From Octopus bimaculoides (taxonomy: Eukaryota): 51,658 bases of DNA. Position 1 is the stretch's first letter; every line of letters starts with the position of its first letter. The stretch spans positions 16,624,842 to 16,676,499 of the forward strand of contig NC_069004.1 in the NCBI RefSeq assembly GCF_001194135.2. Direction: 5' to 3'. Below the pieces are notes generated by a model. It was not told the origin of the DNA, did no database searches, and saw only the letters and a list, made by a program, of their open reading frames with translations. This document shows positions 38,070 to 50,149 of this stretch, in pieces. Made by a program: the position numbers and the translations under genes.

Positions 38070-39570
38070 AGTGAAATACAGCCTAGTCACCTATATAGTT
38101 TATTATGTTGTCCAGGAAAGTATCATGCTCAATGACTAGTGTAGCAGCATTATAGTCAGTTGTCACAAGGGTAAAGATGTTTTAGAGAAAAGTAATTACA
38201 GAGGTGCCAAACAGCTGGACCAGGTTAGGAACGTTACGGTAAGAGTCATAGTTCAACTAATCAAGAGCAGAGTTAACCCAGATGAGATGCAGTTTGGTTC
38301 TGTGTCCTGGAGAAATACTACTGATGCTACCTTTTTAGTAAGGCAACTGCAGTAGAAGTATTTAACCAAAAATAAACCATTGTACATGGCATTTGTCAAC
38401 ATGGAGAAAGTCTTCAACAGGGTTCCTCATGCTCTCAAATAGAGGTCACTGGAGAAGCTAGGGGTAGATTATAGGCTGGCGAGAGCCTTACAAGCCATGT
38501 ACCGGGGTGCTGTCAGTACAGTGAAAATCAGCAACAAGTATAGCAAAAAATTTAGTGCGCAGATAGCTGTTCACAAAGACTCAGTTCTCAGCCACCTGTT
38601 TTCTTTTTATCATAGTCCTCCAGGCCATAACAGCGGAGTTTAAGACTGATTGCCCATGGGAGCACCTCCATGCTGATGACCTTGTTTTTATAGTAGAATT
38701 TGAGAAGAAATTTCAATTGTGGAAGCAAGGATGAGAACTAAAGGGTCTTAAAATTAAGACCAAAGTCCTGATAAACAGGAAAGCAAACATACTACAAATC
38801 TCTTCAGGGAAATGGCTCTGCTTGAAATGTAGAAATGGTACAGGTAGAAATACCATGTAGTGTACCCAGTGCAAGCTAAGGACACATAAAAGGTGCAGTG
38901 TAATTACAGGAGGATTAACAGAAAAAGCAGCCTTTGTGTCTGGCAGATGTGCAGGAACAATAAACAAAAAACACAAGAAATAGAGTCCCTCAAGTGCCTA
39001 GGGGGATCCTTAGCAGTAGCAGATAATTTCTGTTACCAATTAGCAATGAAGGAGGATTCTGAAAGTGTAGTTGCTAGAATAAGAACTAGCTGGACATTGC
39101 CTCTGTTGGCAACAAAGAGCTTTTCCCTCAGGGTGAGAGGCAGATTGAATGATCTTTGTGTATGAATAGCTCTGCTACATGGTAGTGAAATGTGGGCTGT
39201 GAATAGAGAGGGAATGCAAAGGATTGAAAGAAACGATGACACTAATATTCACAGCTGGATGTTTAATGGTAGTGTGCTTGTTCAACAAAGTATAAATGTT
39301 TCGAAATAAAAATTGGGCATAAGAGGCACCAGATGTAGTGTGCAAGAGAGAAGACTGTACTGGTATGGTCACAAGAAGCATATGGATGAAGACAGTTGTA
39401 CAAAGAAGTGCTGATCTTGAAATGTGGAACTTGTAGAAGACGAAGTCCCAGGAAGATGTAGGACAAAGTGGTGTAAAATGACCGTCAGATGTTGATCCTA
39501 ACATAGGAGATGACAAATGACTGAGATGATTGGCAATTTGCTGTGCTTGAGATGACCTGTCCATCTAAGT
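38070..39570 (+). mobile_element. Decayed RTE-clade LINE (reverse transcriptase and C-terminal region)
   Basis: KGKDVLEKSNYRG, MQFG, TTDATFLVRQLQ*KY, LYMAFVNMEKVFNRVP, LHADDLVFI (YADD-type), CxxC region, stops and frameshifts. Confidence 0.9.
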
Positions 39571-40080
39571 AAAACTGAGGACCTAAAAGGCATGTTGTTT
39601 CTGCCTCTCTATTCCTGCACACAATCTGTACCTGATGGATCTCTCCCCAGCAACATATCTTCCTAACACCTCTTCCTTCTACCTGTTCATTTACTGCATT
39701 CTCTTCTCCTTTTGCACTCTCATAAACTTATCTACCCTAACTGTACCACTTCACTTAAATACACCATCCTTAAGGGTATGCCCCAATATATCTGCTCTCC
39801 CTTTTTCCAAGTGGAGTAGCCATGTATCTCCAATAGTGCAAGTCTCCTTTTTCTGTTCCTCTACCATACTCTCATCACAAAGCAACCTCCCTCAATACTA
39901 TGACACTCTCACTTTAGGGGTCTTGTTTTGCTGGTACCACATAAAAAAGCACCCAGTACACACTGTGGAGTGGTTAATATTAGGAAAGGCATCCAGTCAT
40001 AGAACTCATACCAGGCAGCAGAGTATAGTGCAGTCTTCTGCTTTTCAGTTCCTGTTAAACTGTCCAACCCATGCCAGCAT

Positions 40081-40256
40081 CATATCAGGACAATTACCCC
40101 CCCCCCATAGGACAAATTCCCTCCGAAGACAACTACCCCCTACGACAATTACCCCACTTGGTTAGTTACCCTCTCTCCAATATACTAAGAACTTTTAAAT
40201 CATCATCTATTGTCCTCAGGGGTAATTGTTCATGGGGACGGTAAATGTCCTAGACT
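40081..40256. mobile_element. 176-bp MITE with 9-bp target duplication (MULE-like)
   Basis: TSD tgccagcat at 40072-40080 and 40257-40265; subterminal inverted motif aggacaattacc / ggtaaatgtcct. Confidence 0.7.
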
Positions 40257-40279
40257 TGCCAGCATAGAAAACAAATGTT

Positions 40280-41466
40280 GGATCTGTTCAATTTGGCTCA
40301 CGGATTAAAATTTTTTTTTTAACTAAACAGTTGGAAACTTCGTATACTGGTGGAATTTCTCACACAGAACATGGTTTACTCTGAACATTTTTGACAAAAT
40401 TTCGTATTATAAAAGTTATTTCATGTTAAAGTTGTCGTATTTGTGTAATTTTAGCCAATCAATGACGTATATTCAGTTGAAGAAAGCTACCGTTGTTTGC
40501 AATAGTAATCGAAGAAGAACAACTTCTGGGTCATCTCTACTAAATGTCACCACTCTGTTCTATTTTATATTTTGTTGCATATTATGTTTTTTTTCTCTTT
40601 TGGTTCTTGTGTTGGAGTAACCAGTAAACATCGAGAGCTACAAGTCTGCAGCTAGCTTTTTTGTTGTTGACGCATTTGTAGTTTCAAAATGCCTTATTTT
40701 ACAACTATGAAATGTATTGTTATTGTCATGATTTTATCTTACTATAATCAACAACAAACACATTTCGTCAATATAAAAATCTTTATTAGATAAAAAATAA
40801 CATTATCAAAACATGAAGGTACAACAAAACAAATATGCTTGGTTTTCTTCCAGGCATCAATGTACTGTAGCCATAGTCTTTCATGTTGTTCACCAACTGA
40901 CCTTTCCTCTGAAAAAAAATCAGTGGAATCAGTTGATCTCCATACACAAATTATTTTCCTCCTGAAATTTATAAAAAAGTACACATATTAGGTGCACTTT
41001 TCTATAAGATGCACTCTAAATTTTCCAGGTAAAAAATAGCAGCATATACACTGGAAAATACGGTAATTGTAGTGGCAGTGACAAGTTCGCTCGATGATAG
41101 TGTAGAAGTGGCTGTCTGCCATTAGGGAGGGAAAGAGTAAGGAATACAAGGTGCTGACTAGAAAGGAAGAAACGATAAATGTAGCATTGTCTTCGCTTGA
41201 CATACAAATAGAACAGAGTGGTGACATATAGTAGAGATGACCCAGAAGTTGTTCCTCTTTGATTACTATCACAAACAGCAGTAGCTTTCTTCAACTGAAT
41301 ACACATCGTTGATTGGCTAAAATTACCCAAATATGACAACTTTAACATGAAATTTTGTCAAAAATGTTCAAAGTAAACTGTGTTCTGCATGAGAAATTCC
41401 ACCAGTATACAAAGTTTTAAACAACTGTTTAATTAAAAAAATCTGTGTGCCAAACTGAACAGATCC
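40280..41466. mobile_element. 1.19-kb non-autonomous DNA transposon with about 290-bp TIRs, GG termini and 8-bp TSD (Merlin-like)
   Basis: TSD caaatgtt at 40272-40279 and 41467-41474; termini ggatctgttca / tgaacagatcc. The TIRs give near-identical ORFs on opposite strands (40423+ and 41348-). Confidence 0.85.
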
Positions 41467-42186
41467 CAAATGTTAAATGATGATTGCACACACACACACA
41501 CACACACACGGTTTCATACTAGTATTTAAGAATTTGAACATAGTGGACTTTCATTGTATATGCTGAAGCAAAAGACTATGTGCATGTGTTAGAAAACCCA
41601 AAACAACACACCACCACTACCATGCACAACAGAAATTAAATATCAATCCCAAACAAGTAAATAAAGAAAATGAACCAAAGAAAAGCATAAAACATCACTG
41701 TCCAACAAGAATGAGAAAACAACCATAACTATATGAGCTTCACTACACCTTATGATGATTCATTGAACAAACACTTTTGCAAAATCTACTATAAAAAAAA
41801 AAAAAACTACATATCATAAACGTAAAACAGACAACTTCCATCCACATCTCTTTGTCCATCAGATACTAGAAAAGCAAAAGGGAAGTCTGAAAAGTCAAAA
41901 GACTGCTAAAATTACATTAGTGCCCTGAAAAAATTCTTACATTCACCAATATTTTTAGCTATACATACTAACTCTGCCAAACGTTTAGAACAGTGGTTTG
42001 CAACCTGAGGTCTGTGGATTTCTGAAGGGATTCCACAAAGCTAGTAGAGGGGTGGGGTGGCAGTACGAGTTGTGTTTAGATTTTATAAAACCCATGTGTA
42101 GAATACCTAATTATTCAGGCTGTGGTTTAAGTTCACAAAGAATTATGTGATTAGGGCTTTGGTAATGCAGTGAAAGGGAACTTAAG

Positions 42187-43280
42187 GTGAAACACTCTGC
42201 AATGGGTGTAAGAGATGATCTCTCTAACTGGTTGAAGTCCTTCATTTTCGACCGAAAAAAGGTTGTCACAGTTCTAGGACAGCACTTTTCACCCTATGAG
42301 ATGACATCTGGGGTACCACATGGATCTGTTCTTGGCCCCCTTTTATTTGTTGCATATATTAATGACATAGATGCCAACTTAAAGAATGTCACAGTGCTGA
42401 AATATGCAGATGACATCAAGCTGTACCTTGAAATAAAAAGGACAGATCCTGTACACTATAGATCTTTATTGCAATCAGACCTGGACACGATCCAGCAATG
42501 GATCATGGACTGGCAACTCACGCTGGCTGTGGACAAATGTACCACCATGCATTTTGGGAGGAAAAACCCAGCGTCTACTTACTCCTTCTACAACACTAAT
42601 CTCAAAAAGTCTTCTTGTGAATGTGACCTGGGCATTATTGTCTTGACATCACTTACCAAGTCCTTTGTGAGCCACTCTCCGGCTATCTATCCAAGGCTTT
42701 ATACAGCTATGGTGCGGCCTCACCTGGAATTTGCGTCTCCGGTCTGGAACCCCTATCTTGCTCAGGACATTAACCATCTGGAAACCGTTCAGCGACGTGC
42801 AACCAAGAAAATACCCTCCATCAGGCATTTCCATATTCTGAATGCCTTACTCCCCTGGGCATAGATACATTGAAACTCCGACATCTAGCAGCTGACTTGG
42901 CAGACACCCATAAAATTATTAACCATCTTACTAACAATAACTCTGAGCACCTTTTCAAATTCCACCTGTCTAACACCTGTGGACATGTTTACAAAGTCAG
43001 AAAACAGCACAGCTCCCATGACTTTCGGAAACACTTTTTCACGCTAAGAGTTGCTGAAGTATGGAACAAACTGCCAGCATCAGTTGTTAGTTGTCGGAGC
43101 ACTGCATCCTTCCAAACTTCCATGCTTCCTGAGATTCACCAACACTACACCTGATTTTCTCCCCTCCATACACACGCAAGCAAGGATCTGACTCATGCAC
43201 TGTTCACTTTCCAGACATTTGTACAATACTGCATATGCTTTATACACACTTTTGACAAGTTGTAGTGCACCTGAGCACTG
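42187..43280 (+). mobile_element. CR1/L2-group LINE 3' fragment (reverse transcriptase C-terminus)
   Basis: SGVPHGSVLGPLLFVAYIND..KYADDIKLY..VRPHLEFASPVWNPY..LETVQRRATK..FFTLRVAEVWNKLP, with an in-frame stop and a 3' tail. Confidence 0.92.
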
Positions 43281-45238
43281 TATACAATAATTTCATTATA
43301 ATATCATAAAAGGAAATGAGTTCAGGTAGTGTTAATGGGTGCAACTGACACAAAGTTGGTACCAAATGTGATGGCTTTTTCAAAAGAAGTATGGCTTACT
43401 CAGTCATTCTAGTAGGAAATTCAGATCAAGATTGTGCAAAGTTTGTAGAGATTCTCTTTGCAAGGAATAAAAAAAGTCCAATTACAATTCAGAAGTAAAA
43501 ATAACAAGGACATTTTTTGCCTGAATATCATCTTGTAAGTGTTGTATGTATGCCCCCAGTAGGATTTCTTCCAGATGTTGAGTGAATTTGGAGTTGTAGA
43601 CTTTTGTGTAAGAAATATAGAAAGAGACATAGAAAGGAGAATAGCTTCAGCCTTCAATTTTCTTGCCTTGAATATATCTGAGACAAATACATTTGCAACG
43701 AAGGGCAGTCGGCATAAAAAGTAACAAAGATACAACCAATCTGTTAATTTAAATTAGGAGACCTGTTTGAGTGGCAGTAAATGTGTAGCAGAAAAATAAG
43801 GCTCTGTATTTTAGAGGAAATAGATGTAAATGACTTTTTAGATTAAAAAAAAAAAGAAAAAAAAAAGCAATTCAGAAAAGTATAAACTTTCAATTTAACC
43901 AAGAAGTTTTAAAGTTTTATAAATTGTAGAATTTTTAATGTCAACAACGTATTTTAATATCAACAACTTATATAAATGACTATATATGTAGTTTCAATGT
44001 ACAATCACAATAGTCAGAACAATACAACAGTCATATTCAGACAGTATTTAATTTATGAACACACACATTCACTGTGACAGCGACTTAAAGAGAAACCCAA
44101 ACTTATATCGTTTTAATTTGCATGAATGAATTCAGGTGCAGATCAAAGACTGAAGGCAAATGTGTTCAAAATTTACAAAATACACCTTATAAATTATAGA
44201 TATAGACAACATTCACTTGCCATGGGTGGTGACATGTTCAAATAAAGTTAATTTATAATCAACCCTTCCTTTTAATTGACAAGTTATCAAAAGACATACT
44301 TGTGTGTAGGATTAAACAATTAAGTAAAGCCAACGTTTCTTAGAAAGGAGTATAAAACAGTCTTTTTCTTTTTTTTTTACTCCAATATTTTTGTGTGTAT
44401 TAAGTTCCAATGCATAAGGGTTTATCAAGGAGGCGAGAAGCGAAGGCTGCGAGAGTGGAAAATCAAGTCAACATACAAAGAAAACACAAGATTGTCAACA
44501 TTATATTACCCAACTGTCAACATTGGTAAACATTCTTCAGAGTTAGAAATAAAACCAATATTGTTATTTAGCAGTAATAATATCAAAATTGGTAAGCACT
44601 TGTCAACGTAAGTAAACCAAACGTTAGTAACATTTTTCATTACTGGCCAATTGTCAACATCACCGAAAAGTTATCGACATCAGTAACTCGCAGTTAAATA
44701 TCCTGTCACTTACGGCCTTTTCCGTTTAGTGTTGGATTCATGTCGAGCTCAACTGTTTTTTCATTTTTTCCAGATTCGATAAAAGTACCGGTCATGTACT
44801 AGAGTAGACTTAATCGATTCCTTTCCAGAATGTGTGTCTTGTGAATATGTAAGAGATCGAATTTGTTTATGAAAGTCTGTGAAAACTGCAGTAATATTCC
44901 GGTTGCAGTAAACCAATATATAAATTCCAGAAGTGAATATGGAAAGTAAGCAAGCCATTGACATACTTTCATTTCATTTAGAGATTACCTGCCAGAAAAT
45001 ACCTCACATATTTCTAACCAATGTTAGACGTTCCGCGGGAGATTCTCATTCTGTCCTGACTGCAAATCATATCTCATTTTAAACAAATCAGTAAAGACGT
45101 TTATAGAATATATATTCCATAACTAAATCACATTAAACCATCTATCTGATGATATATCGGGATTGAAATGTGGTTAAATCGTCTCTTTTTTTTTTGTATT
45201 CCAAAAAGAAAACAAGATGAGAGTTAGCTTGAGGGTGT

Positions 45239-45628
45239 TCAAATTGTAAACATTCCATAAGTTATATCACCAATCACTCCACTCAGGAGTAACCAAAAGG
45301 GTATCAGAACAAAGTATAATGTCATGGCGGGGTAATTCTGTAGTTTCAAGCAGATTAAAACTTGGAAAACTATTTTGAGCAAAGCACTAACTATAAACCA
45401 AAGTTTTCTTTTCATTGTCATGTTAGACTCGCTGAGGTCGAAATTGTTCTTGCATTGCATTATCATACTGATTGTGATGTAGATAATACAAACACCATCG
45501 AACACCCAGAGTGGGATGAAAATTAGGAACCAATTCCAATTAACCCTTTCATCTAAACGTAACACAAGTAAGACTAAAAACACAAGAACTATAAACCAAG
45601 TGAACAAGGCTTTATGAAGCAACGCCAT
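45239..45628 (-). CDS. TMEM60: Transmembrane protein 60 (TMEM185/TMEM60 family), single coding exon, 129 aa
   Basis: LVLRLDERVNWNWFLIFIPLWVFD, KRKLWFIVSALLKIVFQVLICLKL and YFVLIPFWLLL match human TMEM60 (LVLKLDEKAPWNWFLIFIPVWIFD; KKKAWYLIAMLLKLAFCLALCAKL) over the full length. Confidence 0.93.
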   Translation of the reverse strand: MALLHKALFTWFIVLVFLVLLVLRLDERVNWNWFLIFIPLWVFDGVCIIYITISMIMQCKNNFDLSESNMTMKRKLWFIVSALLKIVFQVLICLKLQNYPAMTLYFVLIPFWLLLSGVIGDITYGMFTI

Positions 45629-45649
45629 TGTATAATTATTTTATTAATC

Positions 45650-45830
45650 TCTTATGCGAAAGAGTTCTAAAGTAGGGGGGAAAACAAATAAATGCAATCA
45701 GAAACTCCCACTTCCGGTAGGTTGGACATAACAGCAGATTAAGAAAGAAAAATCTTTATTAAATTCTCGGTTTCACTTCAGCACTTTTCATATCCTGTTC
45801 CGCACGCTGCACTATGTCAGTGAACAGAGT
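45650..45830. promoter_or_regulatory. Probable TMEM60 promoter region with ETS/GABP-type CCGGAAGTG site
   Basis: cacttccgg at 45709-45717, about 80 nt upstream of the TMEM60 ATG, with local CpG enrichment relative to the flanks. Confidence 0.4.
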
Positions 45831-46844
45831 ATTGAACTTTTACTTCAGTTTTCTTTCGTCATATAAATTATGTGATTTGCTACTGATAACATCCAAACCT
45901 TCCTCATATCACACCTTACTATATTCGATTATGGTGGGATGGTCTCAGCTGGAATATCTTTGATCAGAATTGACGTAGGGTTAATCTATCTTTCTCCAAT
46001 CTAAAATTTTTTTAATTAGGATCTGAACAAGTTACAATAATAAAAAAAAAAAAAGGACTTAAGCGGTTTCGCATCATAAGGGACATCACTCTTCATACAC
46101 AAGAGCGCCTTATTTCTTCACTAATTTCGTAGATGTTGGCTGTCGTTACTGATTCGAGAAGCGTCGGATAAAATGTGTTTTTTCTCCCAGTTCTTTACAT
46201 TTTGAGTCCAAAATTCTCTTTACCTTTCATATTTTGGGGATTTATGAAGTAAATTACCAATCAAGTATGAATGTATGTATATCTAATATAGGAGAGGAAT
46301 TTCACTAGAATGTACACTACAATTCTCTAACCCTGGCTTCCAACCTTTTCAATCAAGCTGCACTTTTGAATGAATAAAACTTTTGGTGCAATTTGTTTCG
46401 AAGGAATAAAAATGGGTGTTTCTATAATTTATGAAAGATTGTATTGGTGGTATGTGGATCATGGAATGCTGCTGGAAAATATTGAGAAATTAGAAATAGC
46501 ATAGTGAAGGCACGTGGTTAGAGGTGTTGGGCTCGCAATCATAGGGTTGTGGGCTGGGTGGTGCATTATTTCCTTGGCAGACCACTTCATTTTACATTAC
46601 TCTAGTCCACTCGGCTGAAAATGCATACCAACCGAGCTGATGCAATCGTCTCTCTTTCTCTCTCTCCAGCTGTCATCCTCAATGTTTTGTTGGATCAAGG
46701 TTGGAAGGGCTGAAGTATTACGTTAGTCTGCAACTAAATAGGAATGTAAAACAATTAGCAAAAGCAGAATACATGCTAATGAGTCACATATTCTTTTTAG
46801 TTAGATTGTTGTATGTATTGATTTTTTAATCTTTATATCATAAT

Positions 46845-47060
46845 AATTTCAAATTTTGGCTCAAGGCCAGCAGTTTCAGAGAAGGGGCTAAGTTGGTTAC
46901 ATTGACTCCACTGCATAACAGGTACTTATTTTATCAACCCTAAAAAGATGAAAAAGCAAAGTTGATCTTAGTGGAATTTGAACCCAGAACATACAGATGA
47001 ACGAAATGTCACTAAGGATTTTGCTTGGTCTCCTAATGATTCTGCCAACTCACCTCTTTC
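46845..47060 (-). mobile_element. SINE (family of 827-1046)
   Basis: aagatgaaaaagcaaagttgatc..tttgaacccagaac..ttctgccaactcacc. Confidence 0.65.
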
Positions 47061-49568
47061 TACCTCTATTTGATAATAGCCGATGTATATCTTGGTTGTT
47101 TGGCTGATTGTTTTCTCCTGTCATGCTTTACATTGTATAGGAAGAGGAGGGAGACGAAAAGAGAGATCCATACAGTGTTAACACAAGAGGTGAAAGTGTA
47201 CATACTAGACTTGGTGGCTGGCAATGAGTAAAAGAATGTCACACATACACAGGGAGAAATAAAGAATCAGAGACAGGGGGAAGAGAAGAGAGAGTAAATG
47301 GCAGAGTGTGTATGGGAGAAGTTATACAAATAAGAAATTAATTTTATATTAAGATAATAAATATTTTTCTTTTGAAAATTAGTATTCATTTCATAATTTG
47401 ATATAAGAACCAAGAAATTTGATTGTGTGTATACCATAATTCCTGATATTACCCATGGTGGGAAAAGGATATTTCCAAAGTTACACATAATATGAAAGAT
47501 TACATTCTAATGCAAGTATAAAAACTTACTTCTGAGAGGTAGTGTTTACATCAGGGATGTCCAACCTTTTTTCCAAATTTATAAATTTAATTATATTCAC
47601 CAGGCCACAAAGGTACTTAGATATGAACTTTTAAAAAGTTCAAAGTACAGTGAATATCTGCTTTTGTGGTACTATTCTTTACTCTAAGAATGTTAGTTAA
47701 ATGGCAATCACTCAGCTTATTTCTTTCAGCAGTTTTAATGTTTTTCATACACGAAAAGAATTGTTCACAGCAGTATGTACGACCCTACATGCACAAGGAG
47801 AAATGAGATCCTGACATTAATCTCATCCACCCCCACTGTACCCAACACCATCTATTTCTCTCCCTCTCTATCTCTTCTTTTTTCTACTTGGGTAAGCCAA
47901 GTAGCCCCTCTATAATAAGGCACATATCTCTATCCCTCTATTATACTTTAATCTCTCAAATGGCACAAAGCCACTTCCCTCTCCCACTGAAAGGCCTTTG
48001 TCTTGCAAGTTACTTGGTGCCATGTTAAAAAAGCACCAGCACTGGTACAACATAGAAAGCATCCAGTAAAACTCCATAAAGTGGTTTGTGTTAGAAAGGG
48101 CATCCAGCTGTAGAAACCATGCAAAAGTGGACAATGGAGCCAGGTACAGTTCTCTGGCTTGTCAGCTCCTGTCAAGCCATCTAACCCATGTCAGCATGGA
48201 AGGACATTAAATAATGATTATGATACACTTGTGCGTGTGTGTGTGTAGCAGAAGCAACAGAGTGACTTAAGGGCCAAGAATTTTGTGCATTAGCACTTAT
48301 GTATTGTCATTCAATATCTATTTTCCATGCTGGCATGGGTTGGACAGTTTGACAGGAGCTGGATGCCCTTCCTCATCCTAACCACTCTAGAGTGTACTGG
48401 TGCTTTTTTGTGGCACCAGCACACACATGTAAATTATTAAGGTGGTTATTCACAATTTAGAGCCTATATATATATAAATATATAATAATTTAAAGAAAAC
48501 AGAGAATATACATAGAGTAATTATTTTTTAATCATAGTGCAGTCAATTTTATTCATATTAAGATCTGAATTCTTTTTAGCAAGTAAGAGGGCTTTATTGA
48601 GTAGTATAGGGTTAATAGATGAATAGTAGCTGTCTATGTCTATTTGAATAAATGGTGCTTTTTACATGCCACCGGCATGGGTGCCAATCAAGTGGTACTG
48701 TCATCAGCCACAACAATGACTTCACTTGCCTCAACAGATCTTTGCAAGTGCAGTTTATTGTCCAATGATTGAAGGGTACTCTTAAATGGGCTGGCATAGG
48801 CCATGGTTATAGTCTCACTTGGCTTGCTGAGTCTTCTCAAGCACAGCACATCTCCGAAGGTCTTGGTCACTTGTCATTGCCTTGGTGAGGCCCAACATTC
48901 CTTTGTTAAAAGTCTACTGCTGAAAGTGAAAAAAAGATGTAGGAAAGTGCACACAAAGAAAAAAGGTTGTTGAAAGTCTGTGCCAGCTCAGCTCAGCTCT
49001 TTTCTTGACTCAATGCATGTCGGATGTTCACATGCTCTGCACTCATGTGTAGACATAATTTCCTTCTGTTAGACCCGTTTGATCACGTAATAAATAGAGA
49101 AAGTTACCTGTCTCGCGCATCACTCCCGCATGCTACTCTGTCATTCTTGCTAATCTCAGCAATTACCCATGACATCAGCACCAGACACATTTCACTTCTG
49201 AAAAACTTCCAAGGCATTTTCACACATTGCAATCCTGCAGGAAGATTTTCAATATCATGAATTGAGAATACACTCACTCACTCACCTCAGCTTATTTTAC
49301 AGTGAATTTTGATGTGCACATGCACTCGTGTATATGCTCTATTGCACATGCATGTGCTAAATCATTTTCCATATTACCCAGTCACTGACTGCACATTTTG
49401 GCACGCAAAGCGACATCGCTGTTTGGACTTATCCAAACAGAAAATTGTCCTGTATACACTTCAATGATCCTCTCTGTTAATATGCAAAATTTTTCCTTGG
49501 CCATGCATTTCTTTTTCATCCTCAATCGTTCATTTCCTTTTCTCGGAAATTCTCTGGTGGGGGAGTGA

Positions 49569-50149
49569 TGTAGTGGCTTTATGCAGGCATGGTGTGGATT
49601 CGATCCTCAATCACCAAATTTCACTTAACAGTTCAACAGCATTTTTCTCATGGTAAAACAATAGTGTTTCAGTGAGTGACAGATGCCTTCACAAAGTAGA
49701 ATAATGTCTTTGTCACTTGACCCTTCTAACCTCTTCTTGGCCACCAAAAGCTAGAATAGAGATAACAGGTACCACCAATGAAATCGATTGTCAACAATAT
49801 GTCTAACCTTCTGGCTGGTTTTGGATAGTTATGTAACGGTTAGTTTTTCATTGCAGTCGAAGGTCACCAATTGTAACGGTTTTGTTAAAATAGAATCACT
49901 GGTCACCAGTTTTAATGGTTGTTGTTAAGGTGTTGCTGTTGCAAATGTGCAAGATGTGGCCTAGAAGTGGTTAGAAGGATCAAGTGAGGCAAAGACATTA
50001 TTCTGCTTAGCGAAGGCATCTGGCAAATGTAACTGCTGTCACTTACAGAAAAACTATTGTTTTACCGTGAGAAAGGTGCTGTTGAACTGTTAAGTGAAAT
50101 TTGGCTATCAAGGATCGAATCTACGCCATGCCTGCATAAAACCACTACA
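49569..50149. mobile_element. Foldback element/MITE with about 180-bp inverted arms
   Basis: 49569-49744 is the reverse complement (with indels) of 49956-50149, e.g. accaaatttcacttaacagttcaacagca / tgctgttgaactgttaagtgaaatttgg. Confidence 0.85.

Noticed and set aside
40423-41348. Two near-identical ORFs on opposite strands suggesting paralogous genes
   Set aside because: They come from the TIRs of the Merlin-like element.
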